A stretch of DNA of 64,000 nt from Macrostomum lignano (lineage: Eukaryota): assembly GCA_002269645.1 (NCBI GenBank), contig NIVC01002869.1:62001-126000 (forward strand), read 5' to 3'. A program made the position numbers and the translations under genes. The notes under the pieces are model-generated. The model did no database searches, was not told the DNA's origin, and saw only the letters and a list, made by a program, of their open reading frames with translations. Below, piece after piece: positions 57,884 to 64,000 of the stretch (position 1 is the stretch's first letter; every line of letters starts with the position of its first letter).

Positions 57884-60622
57884 CTAAACAAACAATTTAA
57901 GCAACCCATGTCGAGCTTTTTCGCACAACTGACGAAAAACAGCGGTCGCTCTTTCCGTTTTTGCTGCAATACCCATTCTTTTACGAGCGTACAATATAAA
58001 TGGCAAATCCTCCTGCGCCCTTAAAGACAATATACAGCTAAAATTGCTAGCTAGGGGTGCTATTGATTTGGAACATAGACTACAATAGCTTGAGTGGCCT
58101 GCGTATAGTGTCTGTCTATTTGTTACTCGCACTTCTCAGTGGTCCCACCAGGCGCCTGTCTTTGTCTAGCCGTTACAGTCATCACTGTACAGTTATCACT
58201 GGCTAATGCACGCGCAAGTCCGATGCACTAATCCTGTCTGCATCGACCCCGCACCCCCCAAAAAGCATAGGCCTACCGGATTGTATTTCCCCAAGCTAAG
58301 AAGCAGAGAAATAAATAAAGCACCCGGGCCTGGCGCTCTGCAAGAAGCTGAGAACCAAGATCGAGCATTTCATTTTGAGCTAGACTCCACAGCCTGATAT
58401 GATTTAGACTATAGACTAGATAAAAAATTGTCAGATTAACTGAATGCGTGAGCTAGCTTGAATCTAAAATATCAAAGATGCAAGTGTGATTCTACAGGGA
58501 GCTAGTACTCGTATTACTACACTATAATTTACGCGCCGAATTTAGCACATTTTTATTCATATTATAAATACACAACAGCTATTATCTAGAGCTGTATCTA
58601 GCACAGTTCTGAGTACAGTATCCAGAGTCCGCTCTAGACGCGTTTAGAATCCAGTGCAAATAAAATAGAATATAGCAATCTAAATTTTAAAATAATAGGT
58701 TGAAACTCTTTTAAACGAGTTATTAAAAATTACTCTAATAGTACACAAACAGTGAGACAAGTTTTGTTTTAGTGGTCAAATCTTAGTAATATTATAAATT
58801 CGTAAGTTATAGGAAAAAAACGAAGCGACGAGCGTACAAATATGAACTTTAGTTTTAATTATCGCGCTGCATTGTGAACCCCACAGTCACTTTTCTTCAA
58901 CACGTAAGTTTGCTAATTTTAGCACATTAATAATAATATGTTCAGTAATAGTAGTACGTTTATTTACTCACTAAATAGTTATAAGAACGTAGAAAAACTA
59001 TATGGCAATATAATAATTTCTTTGAGACCAGAAGTCATAATTCACTATTCACAAGTCGTCAAAAGTGTGCGAGTAAAATGAAAAAAATTGTAACTTCTGC
59101 ATCGATTAAATTATCCTCACATTACTTCGCAAATCTGGGCATATTTCAGTTTCGTCTTTATGTTCATAATACTGCTATTTAATTTTGCTGATTTATATTA
59201 TAATATAGCTGTCATATGTTACAAGTCTTTATTGGATATAATGAGTAGTAATATCTTAAGCTAACTTAAGATACTATCTTATATGATACAGAAGTCATTA
59301 AATTAATTAATATAACTTATAACTATGATATTAAAGTAGATATATACATATTCAATTTAAACTACACTGGATTAAGGTGAAAATTATAGCCAAAATAATA
59401 AGATAATGAATATTGCTACAATATTAGTAATGAATGTAACCATATTTAATCCTGTTGTAGTAATGTTTGAATTTTTTGTGGATTTTTAAATTAATATAAA
59501 GTGGCAGCAGTGTCAATTTTTATTATGTATACCATAATCTTTTTTGTGACATCTAACCATATTATTTTTATATTCAAATCTTGATGAAACTTTGACATAG
59601 AATTATTTAGTCTAATATATATTACTTTAACTATTTGAAATCCACGCAGCCAGTTATATCTTTTTATAAAGTTTTTAAACTGCATTAAGTAGCATAAAAA
59701 GAGGATATTTTCCTTTATTCTCAAGATTGAACTCATAATCAATGAATCATTTTTATTAATCTAACGAGTTGTCATCTAGAGACTATAAGATTAATAAATA
59801 CATACTTTTTCAGCTTTTTATTGGGATATTTTTCAGTTCTACTTATAGTAGCATTTGGCTGCAAAAAATTTCAACTGTAAGGAACTAGATTTTTTCATTT
59901 CTAAGCTGAATTTCATTTTACGAGTCAGAAAATTTGTTTGACACTTGGCTGAAACAGATAATTAGTAAAGATGGGACTTAAACTTGTGGTTAATTTATGC
60001 AAATTCTATAGACTTCAAAATAGTCTGGCATTGGCCATGTAGTCCCTGGAATGGGGCGATTCTTGACGAGAATGGGGCGATTCTCACAGGGAATTGGGAA
60101 GCGAAGCCTTAAGATTTTTTGCCATGATTTTGCTTTCTTCGGGTCTCGGTTTGTTTTAGTTGTGCCTGGACAGTTTTCTAAACATTTTGTTATTCAAAAA
60201 CTCCCATGCAAGTATTATACCATAAAATATTTTGTTTACCAGTATTATGAATCGCAGCAATTATTTTATACTAGAAGTTCATCAGGACTTGAATTTTTAA
60301 TTTTCTACTTAGATTCTATATAGGAATTAAATTATCCGAAAAATTCTCAAGTCAGTGCAAATTCGGTCAAGCTATAATTGTAAAAGCAGGCAGTTAGCTC
60401 CAAATGCTTGGATTGCTTTCTCACTCTTTGCCTTCGTGACCTCTTTAAACCCTATAAAACACGACGGCTTGTATGTAGCTTGGGTCATAAATTAAATATG
60501 GCTCACATGGGCTTTCTGTATACCGCCTATAGTTTTTTATTCGCTTTTATTCAAAATTTAAGCCTGCAATTGCACCCGGCTGAGAGTTACCTGTGCGCAA
60601 ATGCTGAGGTTGCGAATGGCAT
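57884..60622 (-). CDS. Predicted three-exon gene for a 94-aa protein with one hydrophobic segment; exons 60622-60591, 58393-58277, 58019-57884
   Basis: Phase-2 GT-AG junctions give MPFATSAFAHR|LWSLAQNEMLDLGSQLLAERQARVLYLFLCFLAWGNTIR|AQEDLPFILYARKRMGIAAKTERATAVFRQLCEKARHGLLKLFV*. No family recognised; exon 1 is the least certain. Confidence 0.45.
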
Positions 60623-61587
60623 TGATTAATTGGTATTAAGCCAGCCGCCCCTCGAAGAGAATAAAAAGAATTCTGGGTGCAGAGAGGCTGACAAAACCCG
60701 CCTTTATATAGGCATTAGCTAGCTACTGTTTCGCTTGGAGCTCATGCTCATACAGAATTGCTGGAGAGGCGGTCACTTGTCGCGCACCCCCTGCGTGAGT
60801 CAGCAGTCTAAGTGTTTAATAATTACAGACAGTGAACTGAGCTGAAATATTTTTTCGTCTCAAGTTTCCCGCTAGCTACCTGAAGACCTGAAGTTAAGTT
60901 TTTTTTTCAACAGGAGGCCCGGCGTTACGAAGAAGCAGCATTTTTAAGGGCGTCGTTCTGTGAGAGTTGGCTATAAGCAGCCATCCCTCCTCCATTTTGA
61001 GCCGGTTCGTTTCGGCTTTAGATGCTCTCAACTCTATACTTGTAATCTAGAGTGCACACAGGCTAGCCAATTCTTTCTTTTTAGAACACCTACCCGAGGC
61101 CATGCCTTCCAAATAGCATTTGTGCTTAGCTATAATAGTGCAGTCGCTATTAAGAGAACAGTTTATGAAGATTCTGCCAGGTTAATAGATCTTTGCACTG
61201 AATTCGAGAGACATATAGAGAAAAAACGCTAGCGGTGGCTTGATCAACGCTCGAATTCTGGTGAGTAACTTTTCACCATGACTTGCAGACCTTTTGCGAA
61301 CACACTTGAAAGTTTAGTAGGTACTGTCAGGGCGCCTTTGAAAGTTCAGCTTAAAACGGGTGTAAAAGGCTCGGATCTATTTGTCTTCTTACGGCCTGTG
61401 GAAAGGTCAGGTAGTCGGGACAAGCCTAAAAAAGTGGTAATAAAATTCCCTATAGTAGCCGGCAGCGTTGTTAATGACACTAGCGTTATTATTGTAAACT
61501 CCTGATTTTAAGGATAGAAGGATATAAGTACAAAAAGTACTCGACGATTATTCCAAGCAATATAGTGTCCAAAGTTAACAGTCTCGG

Positions 61588-62551
61588 CTAATGACTTGCA
61601 CAATGCCAAGTCACTAGCACTGCCAGTAAACAGACCAATCTGAGGGTTAATTGCGTCAGTAATCTACCGCCGGCATTGCACACGTCGCCCCTGCAGAAGC
61701 ACATGAATCCTTGGCCGCTGCGCGACTCGTAAATGCACACAGACGCTGTCTGGACGAAGCGCAGGTCTAGGCTTGTTGAGCAAGTGCGCATTATGCTGCT
61801 TGGTCCGCCTTTGAACGAGTGGTTGGAATTAAAAATTAATAAAGTGGTTCTTGCAGATAGAGATAATATCAGTGAAAGCATACGAGTACAGCACCTTAAT
61901 TGTTTTGCAAAATGTCTTAAGTCATGCAATGCGATCATTTAAGGCAGGGATCAGATAGAGAACCCAGCGCATGACTGAGAACCAGATGAGGGGGGAGAGA
62001 AGAGAGCTATGAGAAATGACAGGCGAAGGAAGAGAAGAGATACTCTTAGAAGAGCAGAAAGGAGAGGAGAGGAGAAAAGAGAGGGGAGAGAAGGAACAGA
62101 AGATGAGAGAAGAGAGCTGAGAAGAGACACAAGCCTTGAGCGGGCCGGATTGCTATTGTGAAGTTTCAAAGAACCCGAGGGCTGGATAGAGAGGCTTCGC
62201 AGGCCCCATGTTGCCCGCGGGCCGGAGTTCGCCGACCCTTGTTTTAACGCCAAAATATTCCACGAAACTTAGTGAAGATTAAAACAAAATGGTATAATTA
62301 GCTAACATTAAGCTAACTCGTATATTGAAGGTCAAACGAGCTCTTTCTCAGTACCCTTGACTGTACCTGTATCTGAAATCTTGACCATTTGACACAGAGT
62401 CCATCGCATGGCACAATGCTCAAGTTTGCGGGCCTTTTGTGCAGTGGCCGCTTCAGCTCTTTGTGCAGCTTGGGATCGAATGGATCGCTGCACTTGCTCC
62501 GGGCTGGGTCGCTGGGCTCTGTGCTGCACTGGAGGCAGCTGATGCCTTTCT
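61588..62551 (-). CDS. Quiver/sleepless-like Ly6 (three-finger) GPI-anchored protein; exons 62551-62367 and 61808-61588; signal-peptide exon not resolved; apparent 1-nt frameshift
   Basis: ISCLQC...KCSDPF...CDGLCVKW and IMRTCS...CFCRGDVCNA followed by a hydrophobic C-terminal tail. Confidence 0.8.
61945..62241 (-). mobile_element. Diverged copy of the 29544 hAT MITE family, in the Quiver-like intron
   Basis: Minus strand CAAGGGTCGGCGAACTCCGGCCCGC...AAGCCTCTCTATCCAGCCCTCGGGTTCTTTGAAACTTCACAATAGCAATC matches 29544-29640. Confidence 0.8.
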
Positions 62552-64000
62552 CTGTGTGCGTGCGGTGCGAGTTAGAAAACAGTTTATTTGAAATACTTTA
62601 CCTAGTTAGGGACAGGGAGCACACTGGCGCGACGTCTTTGGCGACATCGCTACACAACCCTACAGTGACTCTTGAGGGCTGAATAGGCGCGCATGACATT
62701 AGCGCGGATGTTTGCGTGTTTTTTACAATATTTGGCATAGGCGCTCACAAGCAGAAGCGCGCAAACGTGGCAGTGACACAAGCGCACAGACAATTGAGGG
62801 CCTCTTCGGTTGCCCGCGACTAGCTCCATTATCAAACTGTTCAGATTAGTGACATTGGAATAAGAGTAGCGGGCATAATGCACAAACAGCCATACACAAT
62901 TCCGATCTTCGTGGTTGTAGGCATTCATCGTAGATTTAGGACCATAAAAGATGTACATCGCCTGATTGACTAGCGCCCCTCTTATCTAGCCTTATATAGC
63001 CGTAGTCCATAAAACTTCCACGCCATAAACCACCCGAGCTCAAGTTGCATTCAGATTCAGGCACGCACTCATACACACGCTCACACAGTGTCCCCCCCGG
63101 GTCAATCAAACGAGTGGCTGGTGCTCACTTTGACACGACTCTTCCGGATCAGACGCGCTGACTATGACCGACTGTAGAAGCGTGTGACACGCAACTGGAA
63201 TCAGAGTGTTTTGATTGGATGCCACTTGTGTACATCAGAGTTCATGTTGGCGCTTTATCATTCTCAAAGTTAAACAAAAACTATGCGTTGCTTACCGGCA
63301 ATAAAAAGCTTTGTTGCTATAGCAACGCAGCTGGCCATATTGGCTTGCATGAAAGCGCCGCAGGTTCAACTAGGAAAAACACTATAAACACTTTACCGAT
63401 GGGACAGGAGAACGGGAGATTAACGTCGACTAATCTTTTATTTTCTTACTTCTTGCGTAGCCTTTGAACCCAGCGCCCCGTTGCTGGCTGCAGGTACTAG
63501 CTATCCTCCGTCTGCCAGAGGCGCCTGCACCGCATGGGTCCGGCATTTATGGGCAAAGGTGCAGAAGTCAGTGAATGGATTCCGACGCAATCGCCGTTGG
63601 AAAGGATTTTCTCGGGAAGAAGTTGGGGATAGAAAGGAGGCAGGATTTGCTTTTGCCGCTAGCAAACCAAACAGGTACGGAGAGTGAGGGAAGAATCAAT
63701 GGGTTGGAGGTTGGAGAAAATGGTCGAGTGAAGGATGCAGCGTTGATGGTCTGGCACCGACCATGTCTGTCTCGCCACCATAGAAGCCTTGGTACCCCAT
63801 CCTTGTATATTTTTCTGTGTATATCTTCCCTCTCGTCCCAATATATTTGGCTTCTCGAACTTCTGCAGGCTATTGATGAGTGATATTGACAAGGGAAAAA
63901 GGGAAAATTCAGTCCTGTTTGGTACTGTGGTCGGTAGGAATTCAATCATAAGCTTTAAGCTTGATTAAATCCTTGAATTTTTGTCAATTTTGCAGCTATG

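Noticed and set aside
60914-61505. Plus-strand splice signals and ORFs (60960..61232, 61278..61505) as a gene
   Set aside because: The available donor/acceptor pair (28-nt intron, 61261-61288) gives stops in all frames and no coherent model emerged.
63568-63949. Overlapping ORFs at the window end as a transposon or gene fragment
   Set aside because: No convincing motif in any frame.

Overview
Eukaryotic, intron-rich and very repeat-rich animal DNA; GC-rich exons and introns filled with minisatellites resemble the free-living flatworm Macrostomum (inference). Host genes supported by recognisable domains and phase-consistent splice sites: MMACHC/cblC (7021-8770, -), Salvador/SAV1 (20121-24344, -), cN-II/NT5C2 (26567-32289, -), a GRAM-domain membrane protein (50074-56477, -) and a Quiver/Ly6-like gene (61588-62551, -). 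Two small orphan genes are also predicted. Most long ORFs in the ORF track are translations of tandem repeats. The outstanding object is a very young 6.9-kb Ty3/Gypsy-type LTR element (12222-19095; 917-bp LTRs with 2 mismatches seen, 4-bp TSD, tRNA PBS, PPT) that has no pol. It encodes one intact polyprotein: capsid/CCHC Gag, a disordered spacer with SH2-docking-like and PPxY motifs, an internal signal peptide, half of an Env-like glycoprotein with a furin site, and a terminal YNLRPR tail. Two paralogous double-RING proteins follow, apparently served by their own splice acceptors. The element is inserted in the B box of a complete SINE. Several MITE families (hAT, CACTA-like), a Tc1 derivative, a truncated LINE and Helitron-like ends are also present.
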